This document shows, in pieces, positions 19,424 to 28,330 of a DNA stretch of 41,532 nt (position 1 is the first letter of the stretch; each line of letters begins with the position of its first letter). Position numbers and translations under genes: made by a program. The stretch covers positions 1 through 41,532 of the forward strand of contig DUZK01000003.1 in the NCBI GenBank assembly GCA_013349495.1, in the 5' to 3' direction. The notes beneath the pieces are model-generated. The model worked only from the letters and a program-made list of their open reading frames with translations, searched no databases and was not told where the DNA came from. The DNA comes from Deltaproteobacteria bacterium (GTDB taxonomy: Bacteria; Desulfobacterota; Desulfobacteria; Desulfobacterales; SURF-15).

Positions 19424-20527
19424 ATGAAACATATTGTTAAAATAATTCTCATGGCGCTGATCCTTTTTTCCGGATTTCAGTATTTTAAAAATGATCGAAG
19501 CATGGCGGGAAAGACAATGAATACAAAAAATAATAATTATAAAGCTGCAACATTTGCAGGCGGTTGTTTCTGGTGCACGGAATCTGATTTCGAAAAAGTT
19601 GAAGGGGTAATAGACGTCGTTTCCGGTTATATCGGTGGACATGAAGAAAATCCAACCTATCAGGAAGTATCTGCGGGTACCACCGGACATACCGAAGCTA
19701 TAAAGGTTACGTATGATTCCGGGAAAGTGAACTATTCCCAATTGCTGGATATTTTTTGGAGGCATGTGGATCCGACGGACTCCGGGGGCCAGTTTGTCGA
19801 TAGGGGCTCTCAGTACCGGACAGCCATATTTTATCATGACGAGGAACAGAAACGTATGGCTGAAGAATCGAAAGATAAACTCAACGGGTCCGGCCGGTTC
19901 AAGAAACCCATCGTTACCGAAATCGTTCCGTTTGATCGGTTCTACCCGGCAGAAGACTATCATCAGGATTATTATAAAAAGAGCCCCTTACGATACAAGG
20001 TATACAGATTCCATTCGGGCCGTGATCAGTTTTTAAAGAAAGTATGGCATGATTCCAAAGAGACCAAAGCCGGCCAATCCAGCAGTCAGTATGTGAAACC
20101 GGATGATGAGCAGCTGCGCAAAAAACTGTCCCCCAAACAGTTTCAGGTCACGCAGCAAGATGGCACGGAACCGCCATTCAAGAACGAACATTGGGATAAT
20201 AAAACAAAGGGCATATATGTGGATATCGTCTCCGGAGAACCGCTGTTCAGTTCCACCGATAAATTTAAATCGGGTACCGGATGGCCAAGTTTTACCCAGC
20301 CACTGGAGTCGGGCAACATCGTGGAAAAGGAAGATCGCTCTTTTTTCATGACACGGATAGAAGTTCGGAGTCGTCATGGTGATTCCCACCTGGGCCACCT
20401 GTTTCAAGATGGACCGGAACCCACGGGCTTAAGATACTGCATCAATTCTGCTTCATTGAGATTCATCCCGAAGGAGGATCTGGAAAAAGAAGGGTATAAG
20501 GAATACCTGAAACTATTTTCTGATTGA
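19424..20527 (+). CDS. msrAB: Fused peptide-methionine sulfoxide reductase MsrA/MsrB with N-terminal membrane anchor or signal
   Basis: [22 protein letters not shown] (MsrA); GTGWPSF, HLGH, RYCINS (MsrB). Confidence 0.95.
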   Translation: MKHIVKIILMALILFSGFQYFKNDRSMAGKTMNTKNNNYKAATFAGGCFWCTESDFEKVEGVIDVVSGYIGGHEENPTYQEVSAGTTGHTEAIKVTYDSGKVNYSQLLDIFWRHVDPTDSGGQFVDRGSQYRTAIFYHDEEQKRMAEESKDKLNGSGRFKKPIVTEIVPFDRFYPAEDYHQDYYKKSPLRYKVYRFHSGRDQFLKKVWHDSKETKAGQSSSQYVKPDDEQLRKKLSPKQFQVTQQDGTEPPFKNEHWDNKTKGIYVDIVSGEPLFSSTDKFKSGTGWPSFTQPLESGNIVEKEDRSFFMTRIEVRSRHGDSHLGHLFQDGPEPTGLRYCINSASLRFIPKEDLEKEGYKEYLKLFSD

Positions 20528-20536
20528 TAATTATTG

Positions 20537-21511
20537 ATAAGAAGTTGCTTTGAACGAATGGATTCATTCCAAAAATCCGATTGTGTTAAAGATATGATCA
20601 ACGCACAAGATCTGGGTTTATCGGAAAGCCATCGAAACTGATGAATTCATAAACGAATCAGAATCCTGCTGTCAATAGATTTTCGAAGTCGATGATCTGG
20701 CTGTTGGCGTAGTTTTTACATACCAATCGGGGTGTTCCGATCCTGTTAAAGATATGATTCGAGCGGATAATACGCCAGAGGCGCACAAGTCCGGGTCTCT
20801 GACATATTCCTCGGAACGAGGCTGGAGAGCATCGTCGAACGAGGGTAACTCATCGTATGGAGGGGCCCTCCAGAGGCGGGTAAACGTTGCCTTTGGCGGC
20901 GGTTTTCGTTTTATATTCCACAGAGTTAGATGCTTGAGTATCTTTTTGATCACTTCTTCATCTTCAATGAAAGCAATCACTCGCATCGCACCGGAACATT
21001 TGGGACATATGAGGGGATCCACTTCGTATATTTTTTGTATCAAGCGCGCCCAATTCCTCCTGAACGCCTTGTCGGTAACTTCCGCCACCAGGATGCAGGG
21101 AATATTATCGTCTGCGCCTTCCTTTTTTCGTTTTCCAAGCGCCACATTGCTGTAGTGTCCATAGTAACGCACCATCTGCTCCCCCCTGTTGGGAACGTGA
21201 GAACCCATTGCTGCCAACCACTCCAGCGCGTTCAACACCTCTGTTTGCTTCCCGTCTTTGGACTGGTATGCAACCTGGCCGGTTTCACGATTGTAGTTCA
21301 TCCGGGCAAAACCGTTATTAAGAATTCCACAGTCAAGATACCTGCGTATCACCTGCATCACGTATGGCCGGTAAAACCCGTATCGTCTTTCATAACGCTC
21401 TTCATAGATCTGCTCAAAAAATTCGAAGTAATCCTCAACACACTGATAATATACCGAATTAATAGGGTTACGAGACTTGTAAACAGAACTTACTGACACC
21501 GTTCCTCCCAC
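20537..21511 (-). mobile_element. IS91-family non-autonomous derivative (copy 2) with in-frame internal deletion
   Basis: N-terminus ending YLDCG..GFAR is fused directly to MNY..SKDGK..EQMVRYYG..NWARLIQKIYEVDPLICPKC; no HUH motif; terminus 15-mer at 20537-20551. Confidence 0.85.
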
Positions 21512-21668
21512 AGAAAATTGAAGCAGATCGAAAAAATGATGCTCTAAATGTTATTTTCGATTGGGATTTGGGAATTTCAAAAAGACAGGAGATGCATGGG
21601 AGGGGTTTGCCCGGGGGATTTATGGTGCTGATTTTCAAAATTGAGCGTGTGCAATCTTAAAATTCTAA

Positions 21669-21715
21669 TTGACTAATATGACTAAATAGACTAAATGGCC
21701 TAATTAGACTATAAA
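21669..21715 (+). promoter_or_regulatory. TA operator/promoter with five phased 9-nt GACTAA repeats
   Basis: gactaatat gactaaata gactaaatg gcctaatta gactataaa (21671-21715), overlapping TTGACT. Confidence 0.65.
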
Positions 21716-21729
21716 AAAGAGGTGCTGCC

Positions 21730-21999
21730 ATGGAAACCGAATTCTCTCTTTCAGAGGCAAAATCGAAATTTTCAGATATCATAAACCGTATTATCTATAG
21801 AAAAGAAAGAATTTTAATCACCAAAAAGGGGAAGAAGGTAGCTGTTATATTTTCAATAGATGAATTTAAGAAATATGAAGATAAAGGGCTTATTGAAGCT
21901 AAAGGCGCTTTGGCGGATTTAGACGAAACGCTTGATGAAATGACCAGCCATATATATGAAGCGAGGAAATTGGAAAAGAGCAGAGAGGTTGATCTGTAA
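21730..21999 (+). CDS. Phd/YefM family antitoxin
   Basis: SLSEAKSKFSDII..RILITKKGKKVA. Confidence 0.9.
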   Translation: METEFSLSEAKSKFSDIINRIIYRKERILITKKGKKVAVIFSIDEFKKYEDKGLIEAKGALADLDETLDEMTSHIYEARKLEKSREVDL

Positions 22000-22409
22000 T
22001 GTATCTGTTTGATACGGATGTGTTGAGCAACATCGTAAAACGGAATCCATCACCTGTCCTGTTGGAAAAATTAGGAAATCTTCCAAAGAAATTACAGTTT
22101 ACCAGCGCCATCAATGTCGGTGAAATCTATTACGGCGCAAATCGGTCAAACCGAAAAGATCAAATCATTAACGCATTTAAAGAGCGGGTTTTTCCTAAAG
22201 TGAACATAATTGCTTTCGATGAAACCGGTGGAAAGTTATTTGGTAAACTAAAAGCTGAGCTGGAGAAACAGAGTCTTGTTTGCAGCGAACCCGATTTGAG
22301 AATTGCGTCGATTGCGCTTCAACACGATTTGAAGCTGATAACCGGAAACACGAAACATTTTATCAAGATACCCGGTTTGAGCGTCGAAAACTGGATCGGT
22401 GAGGATTAG
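21999..22409 (+). CDS. vapC: VapC PIN-domain toxin
   Basis: YLFDTD, GEIYYG, DLRIASIA, TGN.KHF..IPGL.VENW; TAATG coupling. Confidence 0.92.
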   Translation: MYLFDTDVLSNIVKRNPSPVLLEKLGNLPKKLQFTSAINVGEIYYGANRSNRKDQIINAFKERVFPKVNIIAFDETGGKLFGKLKAELEKQSLVCSEPDLRIASIALQHDLKLITGNTKHFIKIPGLSVENWIGED

Positions 22410-23329
22410 GGGCGAACAGTGGTAAATATCCTCCCCCCCTTGCGTTTGACAATTCCCCGTTCGATAAAATCATGCATAATCGTGTCGTAAAGGGTCCGGT
22501 AGTCACCGTCAAAATAAAGATCGATGGTCTCCTTAAACCAATAAGGCTCCATCAGTTTTGAAAAAAACAGGGATTCGTCCACTGTTTTTCGCATCAGCAG
22601 CGTGTATACGATAATCTTTTTCAGGAGGTCGAGTCCGATTTTCTCCCGATGTTCCAGATAGTCTTTTATTTTAGATTTTGTCTTGGAGATCGCTTCATTG
22701 AATGTAATAAAGGGGCTTCCATGCCCCGGAAAGACGGTACTTACCTCGAGGGATTCGATCCTCTCGATGGATTCCTGCCATTTGAAAATCGCCGTACTTC
22801 CCTCCACTCGGGCGGTCAACCCCGCCATCTCATTTTCCCAGAGCGTATCCGATGACAGGAGCAGCTTTTCTTTACTATTGTATAAAACAATACCGTCAGA
22901 GGCATGGCCCGGCGTATAAATGACTTGGAAATCATAGGGCCCAATGGTGAGCGTATCTCCGTCTTCGAGGGCTTGGGTGCAGTTAAAAAATTCTGCATCC
23001 TGCTGATAGTACTTCCACCATGTGGACCAGTCGTCATAGGTGTCGACAAAATGTTTTCCGATTTTGTGCAGCGCAATGTCACAACCGGATTTTTCCTGGA
23101 TGAATTTATTTCCACCGATATGATCGCAGTGGGTGTGCGTGCTGATGATCAGTTGGATATCAAATAACTTTACACCGAGATCATTGATTAGGTTTTCTGT
23201 CTCGCTGAAATCGGCAACATACGCCGTATCGATTAGAACCTGGGGGCTTCCCTTGTAAACAAAATGGTTTCCGTTCAGGTAACCTCTTTCAATAAAAAAG
23301 AAATCTTCTAAGATCTCCACGGAATTCAT
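22406..23329 (-). CDS. MBL-fold metallo-hydrolase
   Basis: THTHCDHIGG, TPGH, SSD, PGHG. Confidence 0.9.
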   Translation of the reverse strand: MNSVEILEDFFFIERGYLNGNHFVYKGSPQVLIDTAYVADFSETENLINDLGVKLFDIQLIISTHTHCDHIGGNKFIQEKSGCDIALHKIGKHFVDTYDDWSTWWKYYQQDAEFFNCTQALEDGDTLTIGPYDFQVIYTPGHASDGIVLYNSKEKLLLSSDTLWENEMAGLTARVEGSTAIFKWQESIERIESLEVSTVFPGHGSPFITFNEAISKTKSKIKDYLEHREKIGLDLLKKIIVYTLLMRKTVDESLFFSKLMEPYWFKETIDLYFDGDYRTLYDTIMHDFIERGIVKRKGGRIFTTVRP

Positions 23330-23368
23330 GATGCACCACAATACAGAAGAAAGCTCTCAGCCACAAGC

Positions 23369-23510
23369 TAAATAGGATGCAGACCCGCCTGCCGTTCCTG
23401 AAGAAATAAGATGGCGGGCAGGTTTGCGCGGATACACGTATATAATAATCTTTTTTTCTTAATCTAAAAAATCTGCGTTCATCCGCGTCCCAAAAAAGGA
23501 AATTCCTATA
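23369..23510 (+). repeat. Intergenic repeat, copy B (with hairpin insert and complementary right arm)
   Basis: taaataggatgcaga[39 nt]tttgcgcggat ... atctgcgttcatccgcgtcc. Confidence 0.85.
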
Positions 23511-23532
23511 CTATCAAGTCAATTTTCCAACT

Positions 23533-24150
23533 CTAACGCTTTGCAGCAATCGCAACACCGGTTCCGAATAGAATCACACCGGCGCTCCGGTTTAATATCC
23601 GCACGGCACGCAGGTTTGTGAAAAACCTTCTTACATAGGCTGCAACCCACGCATATGCAGCAAGCGTAGCACCCACAACGAATCCCACTAAGGTGACAAC
23701 CAGCACAAAATCCATGGAACTGAGATTTGAAAGATCCATAAAAGCCGGTAAAAATCCCAAGTAAAACAGGATAACTTTAGGGTTGCCCAGGGTGAGGGTA
23801 AAACCGACGATGAAGTTTCTAACAAAAGTGGATTCGGTTCCCATATCAACCTGATTTAACGGTTGGGGTTTTTTGACCCACAACTGAACTCCCATCCAAA
23901 TCAAATAACAGGCGCCGAATAGCTTAATAATATAAAATAATTCGCCCAAGATTTTACCGACAACCGCCATCCCGAGTACGGCAATGATCAGGAAAAACAG
24001 ATCGCCAAGCACAATACCGATTACCAGCCCCACAGCAGGTCGGAACCCCGAAGTCAGCGACCGGGCAATGGTTGCAAAAACTCCGGGTCCCGGAATGGAA
24101 ACAAAAATAAACAAGGCGAACGCCAAAGCCAACGAAGATTCAACCGTCAC
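23533..24150 (-). CDS. LysE family translocator
   Basis: PGPG, GACYLIWMG, NPKVILFY; AGGAGGAG RBS with GTG. Confidence 0.92.
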   Translation of the reverse strand: MTVESSLALAFALFIFVSIPGPGVFATIARSLTSGFRPAVGLVIGIVLGDLFFLIIAVLGMAVVGKILGELFYIIKLFGACYLIWMGVQLWVKKPQPLNQVDMGTESTFVRNFIVGFTLTLGNPKVILFYLGFLPAFMDLSNLSSMDFVLVVTLVGFVVGATLAAYAWVAAYVRRFFTNLRAVRILNRSAGVILFGTGVAIAAKR

Positions 24151-24261
24151 TGCTCCTCCTGTATATGACTCGTTTCAATTTTTTTCTTTAAAACAATATG
24201 ATAATGAAAATCGATTGTTACTATTACACCCGTGGATAAATGGCAACACCGGTCAGTTGTT

Positions 24262-24720
24262 TTAACCGGGTTTAAGCATCTTGGACATAACGATCAGCGT
24301 TCCATCCCTGTTAAATTCCATGAACCCGGCTTTTTCATAGCATCTGACGGCCCTGGGATTGTAGGTTCGTGTTTTTAAAACCAACTGCCGGGCAGAAAGT
24401 TTTTCTCTGGCATAGTCTTCCAGAAGGGTCATCATCCTCGCTCCCAATCCTCTAGAACGGATATCCGGTAATAGATACAAATAACACACGGCATACATAC
24501 CCTGAATTTCGGTTCGCCTTAAGGCGGCATGGCCGATGAGTTCATGATCATCATATATGAAAAATGACATATTTCCTTCATCCGGATTCAGCACTACCTG
24601 CCATTGCCCGTGGTCAAAGGGATAGTTTGCCGACGGCCACACGAGAAAAAGGTCATTCTTATCTTTAATCAAGTCTTCAATTGTATGGGTATCTACCGGG
24701 ATATTTTCGACTAGTTTCAT
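24262..24720 (-). CDS. GNAT N-acetyltransferase
   Basis: RSRGLG, NPRAVRCYEKAGF. Confidence 0.87.
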   Translation of the reverse strand: MKLVENIPVDTHTIEDLIKDKNDLFLVWPSANYPFDHGQWQVVLNPDEGNMSFFIYDDHELIGHAALRRTEIQGMYAVCYLYLLPDIRSRGLGARMMTLLEDYAREKLSARQLVLKTRTYNPRAVRCYEKAGFMEFNRDGTLIVMSKMLKPG

Positions 24721-24754
24721 TTTCTCTAATCCTGGGCCATCATTAAAAGCTGTC

Positions 24755-25012
24755 TCAAAAATCAAAATTGTAAGGAGCCAAATATCGATTCAGTTTTTCT
24801 TTAGCATCAGCCGGTATATGAGGGCAATCCTCGGTGGTTTTGACACCTTCTGCCACACGGGTAGAAAAAACCAGGCAGGTCGCCTCATTGCAGTCGCCGC
24901 AATTCGTTTTCGGCAGGAGTTTTAATATCTCAACGATATTCGGTGCCTGCATACCGGTATAGCTTGGCGTTAAGCCATCCCGATTGTCCCATGCACTGTT
25001 GATTTCCCTCTG
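24755..25012 (-). pseudogene. 5'-truncated (Fe-S)-binding protein with CdhD/AcsC-type FeS domain
   Basis: LLPKTNCGDCNEATC..CP; frame extends upstream as QREINSAWDNRDGLTPSYTG until it meets the repeat at 25015. Confidence 0.72.
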
Positions 25013-25014
25013 TG

Positions 25015-25121
25015 TTCACCTTGCCTTTCATCCCTGCTGCCCCCCAAGCGGGATCCTCCAAGGGCGGATAAATCTCCGCTTCACTCCGACATGCAGCAGG
25101 GTATTCAGGCGAAGACGAATA
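25015..25121. repeat. Nested palindromic element
   Basis: ccctgctgc (25032-25040) / gcagcaggg (25093-25101) arms, imperfect outer arms, internal 19-mer at 25054-25072. Confidence 0.7.
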
Positions 25122-25167
25122 AAAATCTGTAAAAAGTGTAGGTCTGGCCCCTATGGGGTTGTTGTGG

Positions 25168-25635
25168 TTACCGAACGTGCTTAACGGAAGCTCGCTGAAC
25201 TTGCGTATCTTTAGGCAAGAATATTTTCTCCTCAATATCAAGACCAAGCGCTTTGATTATATCTTTTATTCGAGAAAAGCTCGCAGAAGCATAATCAGTT
25301 TCTTCATAACGTTGGATTTGTTGCTCTTTTATACCCACCCGCTCTGCAAGCTGCTTTTGTGTTAATCCCAATGCGATTCGAGCACGGATCAGTCCAAGGG
25401 GCAAATCAGCAATTGAGGATCCTTTGAAAACTTTGTATTTACCGGCACGCAGTTTTTCGTATTCTTTTGCCTGGTCTTCCAACTCGGCCAGCTGGCTTTC
25501 CATAGCATCTTTTTGTGCTTTTATAAGCATCGGATGCGTACTCGATTTCTGTTTATTAAAATCGTCTAATGCTTTTCTGAATTTTTTTATCTGCGCTTTT
25601 GTGATGATATATTGACGTTCGTTTCTAATCATCAA
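25168..25635 (-). CDS. XRE helix-turn-helix protein (HigA-like)
   Basis: MIRNERQY N-terminus; ARIALGLTQKQLAERVGIKEQQIQRYE. Confidence 0.9.
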   Translation of the reverse strand: MMIRNERQYIITKAQIKKFRKALDDFNKQKSSTHPMLIKAQKDAMESQLAELEDQAKEYEKLRAGKYKVFKGSSIADLPLGLIRARIALGLTQKQLAERVGIKEQQIQRYEETDYASASFSRIKDIIKALGLDIEEKIFLPKDTQVQRASVKHVR

Positions 25636-26071
25636 AACCTCCTATCTCTAAGGCTATTATCCCTTTCTGCTCACCGGTTATTTTATCTGTTTGGAAAAAA
25701 TCCAAGAAGAGTTTTCCACTAATGCCTTCAGGAATCTCAGCAGGAAATAAATCACCTTTATATTTTTCCTTCATTATGTCTCGACCATTAGGGCTAAAAT
25801 CCAGAAGTACCGGGTCTAGTTTTTCCGGAATAACGTTGTCAATGCTCCAGCAAATATCATAATCTCCCGGAACCTCCTTAGCCGTCACAAAGCTGCCGTC
25901 AATGTAAACCTCCCGGCAGCCGGCTGCCGACAGTTCTTTAAGTGCCGCAGCAAGACGCCCTATCAATGATTTTCTGTAGGCCGTATGCCCAAAACGTCTG
26001 CAAAACTGTTTCCAAGTCGTTTCATGTATCCCTTGAGGCAAATTTCCGTTAGATAAAAATGTCGGTATCAT
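25625..26071 (-). CDS. Pol-beta-type nucleotidyltransferase (DUF6932-like)
   Basis: GNLPQGIH, IDGSFVTAKEVPGDYD (GS..DxD), KGII; overlaps the XRE gene. Confidence 0.78.
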   Translation of the reverse strand: MIPTFLSNGNLPQGIHETTWKQFCRRFGHTAYRKSLIGRLAAALKELSAAGCREVYIDGSFVTAKEVPGDYDICWSIDNVIPEKLDPVLLDFSPNGRDIMKEKYKGDLFPAEIPEGISGKLFLDFFQTDKITGEQKGIIALEIGGFDD

Positions 26072-26081
26072 GGCAAAATCT

Positions 26082-26117
26082 TAACACAACAATAATGTTG
26101 TGTTATTAAAATGTCAA
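26082..26117 (-). promoter_or_regulatory. Promoter with perfect 10-bp inverted-repeat operator
   Basis: taacacaaca-ataa-tgttgtgtta (26082-26105); TTGACA at 26117-26112 and TATTGT at 26094-26089 on the minus strand. Confidence 0.7.
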
Positions 26118-26214
26118 CAGAAAATTTTTTTCTCATAAATGCCTTGCTCTGAGAATTTGGTTCGATAAAAAAAGTTATCTTTGAGAAAGTTCGGATGTTC
26201 GGCATTTCCAGAGA

Positions 26215-26628
26215 TTAACCGATGATTTCCCATAGAGCACCTGTCATTTCCGCCGTCAGTTTTTTGCACTTGATCATCTTTTCCTGCTCGCCAAGTTTTT
26301 TTAGAATTTCAGGACATTTGGTGGACCCGATTCGTTCGATGAATCTTTTCCGGAATGCACCGGTCAGGTCTTTCAGTTTGGTGATATCCGCTCCCGGTTC
26401 CGACCGTCCGTAAAGCCATCCCAGGGCGATAACGCCGCCGGTCAAAATCCCGCAAACATCTTCCTTGCTGCTTCCGATCCCTCCTCCAAAGCCGGAAGCC
26501 ACTATAGGGATATCCTGACTATGGTTATTTCCAAGTATTTCGACGATGGTTTTGGAAATCACCTCTGCACAATGAAACCCGGTCAAGTATGTTTCGAACG
26601 CCTGCCGCTCAACTGAATCTCGACTCAT
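26215..26628 (-). CDS. C_GCAxxG_C_C family putative redox protein
   Basis: FHCAE, GFGGGIG, VCGILTG, TKC, KC. Confidence 0.88.
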   Translation of the reverse strand: MSRDSVERQAFETYLTGFHCAEVISKTIVEILGNNHSQDIPIVASGFGGGIGSSKEDVCGILTGGVIALGWLYGRSEPGADITKLKDLTGAFRKRFIERIGSTKCPEILKKLGEQEKMIKCKKLTAEMTGALWEIIG

Positions 26629-26758
26629 TTTCTGTTTCCTCCCTGTAATATTATGAATGGATATTTACCATTGATCAACCATATAAGTATCTGATATCAT
26701 ATAGTCAAACGATTAATTTAGATTGTGTCGATCGAAATTTTCGATCAAGGAGAAATCT

Positions 26759-27658
26759 ATGGAGTTGCGTCAGTTGAAAACTTTTCGGACCGTAGCCAAT
26801 CTACTCAACTTTCATCAGGCGGCCCATGTGCTGCACTATTCTCAGTCTGCGGTTTCTGCCCAAATCCATGCCTTGGAAGAAGATCTCAATATTCGGCTTT
26901 TCGACAGGCTGCCAAAGCGGATCATGCTCACCGAAGCCGGTCGGCGATTGCTTCAATATACGGATAAGATGCTCAGCCTGGCCGAAGAAACTCGTAGTGA
27001 AGTTACAGGCGGAAAGAGTCCCCATGGGAGCCTCAATATCCGGATCCCTGAAACCCTGGCGGCTCACCGCCTTCCGAAATTACTGAAACCCTTCCGTAAC
27101 CAGTTTCCCAAGGTTCAATTGATTTTCAGCACCTGCGCCTATCACAGCCTTGAGCAGGATCTCAGCAAAGGGATCTATGACCTGGCTTTTCTTCTGACTG
27201 AATCTTATCAGGCACCGAATTTATCCGTGAAATTGCTGGGGGTAGAGCCTCTGGTTATTGCAACCGCACCCAAACATCGTCTTGCCCGGAAAAAGGCTGT
27301 CTATCCGAAAGATCTTGAGGGGGAAACCTTTTTGTTTACAAGAACGGAGTGCAGCTACAGGAGGAATTTTGAACGGATGCTGGCGGAAGAAAATGTGGAA
27401 ACCATAAGGATCATCAATATCAACAGCATTGAGGCGATTAAACAGTGTATTAAAGAGGGGGTCGGCATATCGGTGCTGCCAGAAATAACCGTAAGGAAGG
27501 AAATCAATAACAAGGAATTCATACCGTTAAACTGGGCAGAGGGACATATGGAAACAGCAAGCTTAATGATCTGGCATAACGACAAATGGATCTCGCCGGC
27601 ATTAAATGCATTCATGTCCATGGCCGGCGATTTCTACTCAAACCATACCAATCCATAG
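26759..27658 (+). CDS. LysR family transcriptional regulator
   Basis: MELRQLKTF..YSQSAVSAQI..LE..LFDR..LTEAG; AAGGAG RBS; divergent from the previous gene. Confidence 0.95.
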   Translation: MELRQLKTFRTVANLLNFHQAAHVLHYSQSAVSAQIHALEEDLNIRLFDRLPKRIMLTEAGRRLLQYTDKMLSLAEETRSEVTGGKSPHGSLNIRIPETLAAHRLPKLLKPFRNQFPKVQLIFSTCAYHSLEQDLSKGIYDLAFLLTESYQAPNLSVKLLGVEPLVIATAPKHRLARKKAVYPKDLEGETFLFTRTECSYRRNFERMLAEENVETIRIININSIEAIKQCIKEGVGISVLPEITVRKEINNKEFIPLNWAEGHMETASLMIWHNDKWISPALNAFMSMAGDFYSNHTNP

Positions 27659-27949
27659 ATAGGACGAACAGCATTCATTCATACCGACTTTTACCAACTG
27701 AATGCGTGAATCGGGTCGAGTGAGACTCTCTTTGCAAAAGCGAATATATTTTGCCCCTTACGTTTCTCCGATAACAGAATTATTGAATAATTAGTTTGAT
27801 TTCTCAAATTAATATGTTATTGTGCGTTCAATCAATAAAGGACCGTTCTTCATTGACGGGCCGGTTTCGCGCTTAAGGAAAAAACCATTTGTCAAAGTGG
27901 CAACCTGAAGTTTGGAACCATGAGAATTATTTGAAAGGAGGGTGTCACG

Positions 27950-28150
27950 ATGGCTAATGGCGTTGTAAAATGGTTTAACAGCAGTAAAGGCTACGGTTTC
28001 ATTGAACAGGAAGACGGACCGGATGTATTTGTTCATCATTCCGGAATCAATGCGACCGGGTTCAAAGCTCTTTACGAAGGTGATCGGGTTACTTTTGACA
28101 TCGAGCAGGGACAGAAAGGTCCTTCTGCGGTAAATGTCACTGTAAACTAA
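27950..28150 (+). CDS. Cold-shock protein
   Basis: KWFN..KGYGFI, DVFVH, KGPSA; AAAGGAGG RBS. Confidence 0.97.
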   Translation: MANGVVKWFNSSKGYGFIEQEDGPDVFVHHSGINATGFKALYEGDRVTFDIEQGQKGPSAVNVTVN

Positions 28151-28172
28151 GAAACGATTACTCAGGATAATA

Positions 28173-28219
28173 AAGGGCATTCCGTCGAATTATTCGGGAA
28201 TGCCCTTCTTATTTTTTTT
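28173..28219 (+). terminator. Rho-independent terminator
   Basis: aagggcattcc / ggaatgccctt stem followed by a T-run. Confidence 0.85.
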
Positions 28220-28330
28220 CAAGCGTTTGCGCGTCTAAACTTGACCGATCTGGACCAAACCACCATCCGCCGTGTCTTGATAGACTCTGCTTGCATTTTG
28301 ATTTCACTACACCCTGATTCAGGAGTTAAA

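Noticed and set aside
15423-20536. Composite transposon bounded by 15-bp inverted repeats
   Set aside because: The repeats are better explained as ends of the two outward-lying IS91 elements; no DDE transposase or target duplication is present.
21671-21715. Periodic repeats as a CRISPR array or iterons
   Set aside because: Units are 9 nt without spacers; no cas or rep genes; position fits a TA operator.
19424-26628. Selenocysteine read-through in MsrAB or the C_GCAxxG_C_C protein
   Set aside because: Both frames are complete, with ordinary Cys codons at the motif positions.
27809-28180. 123-aa minus-strand ORF
   Set aside because: Antisense to the cold-shock gene.
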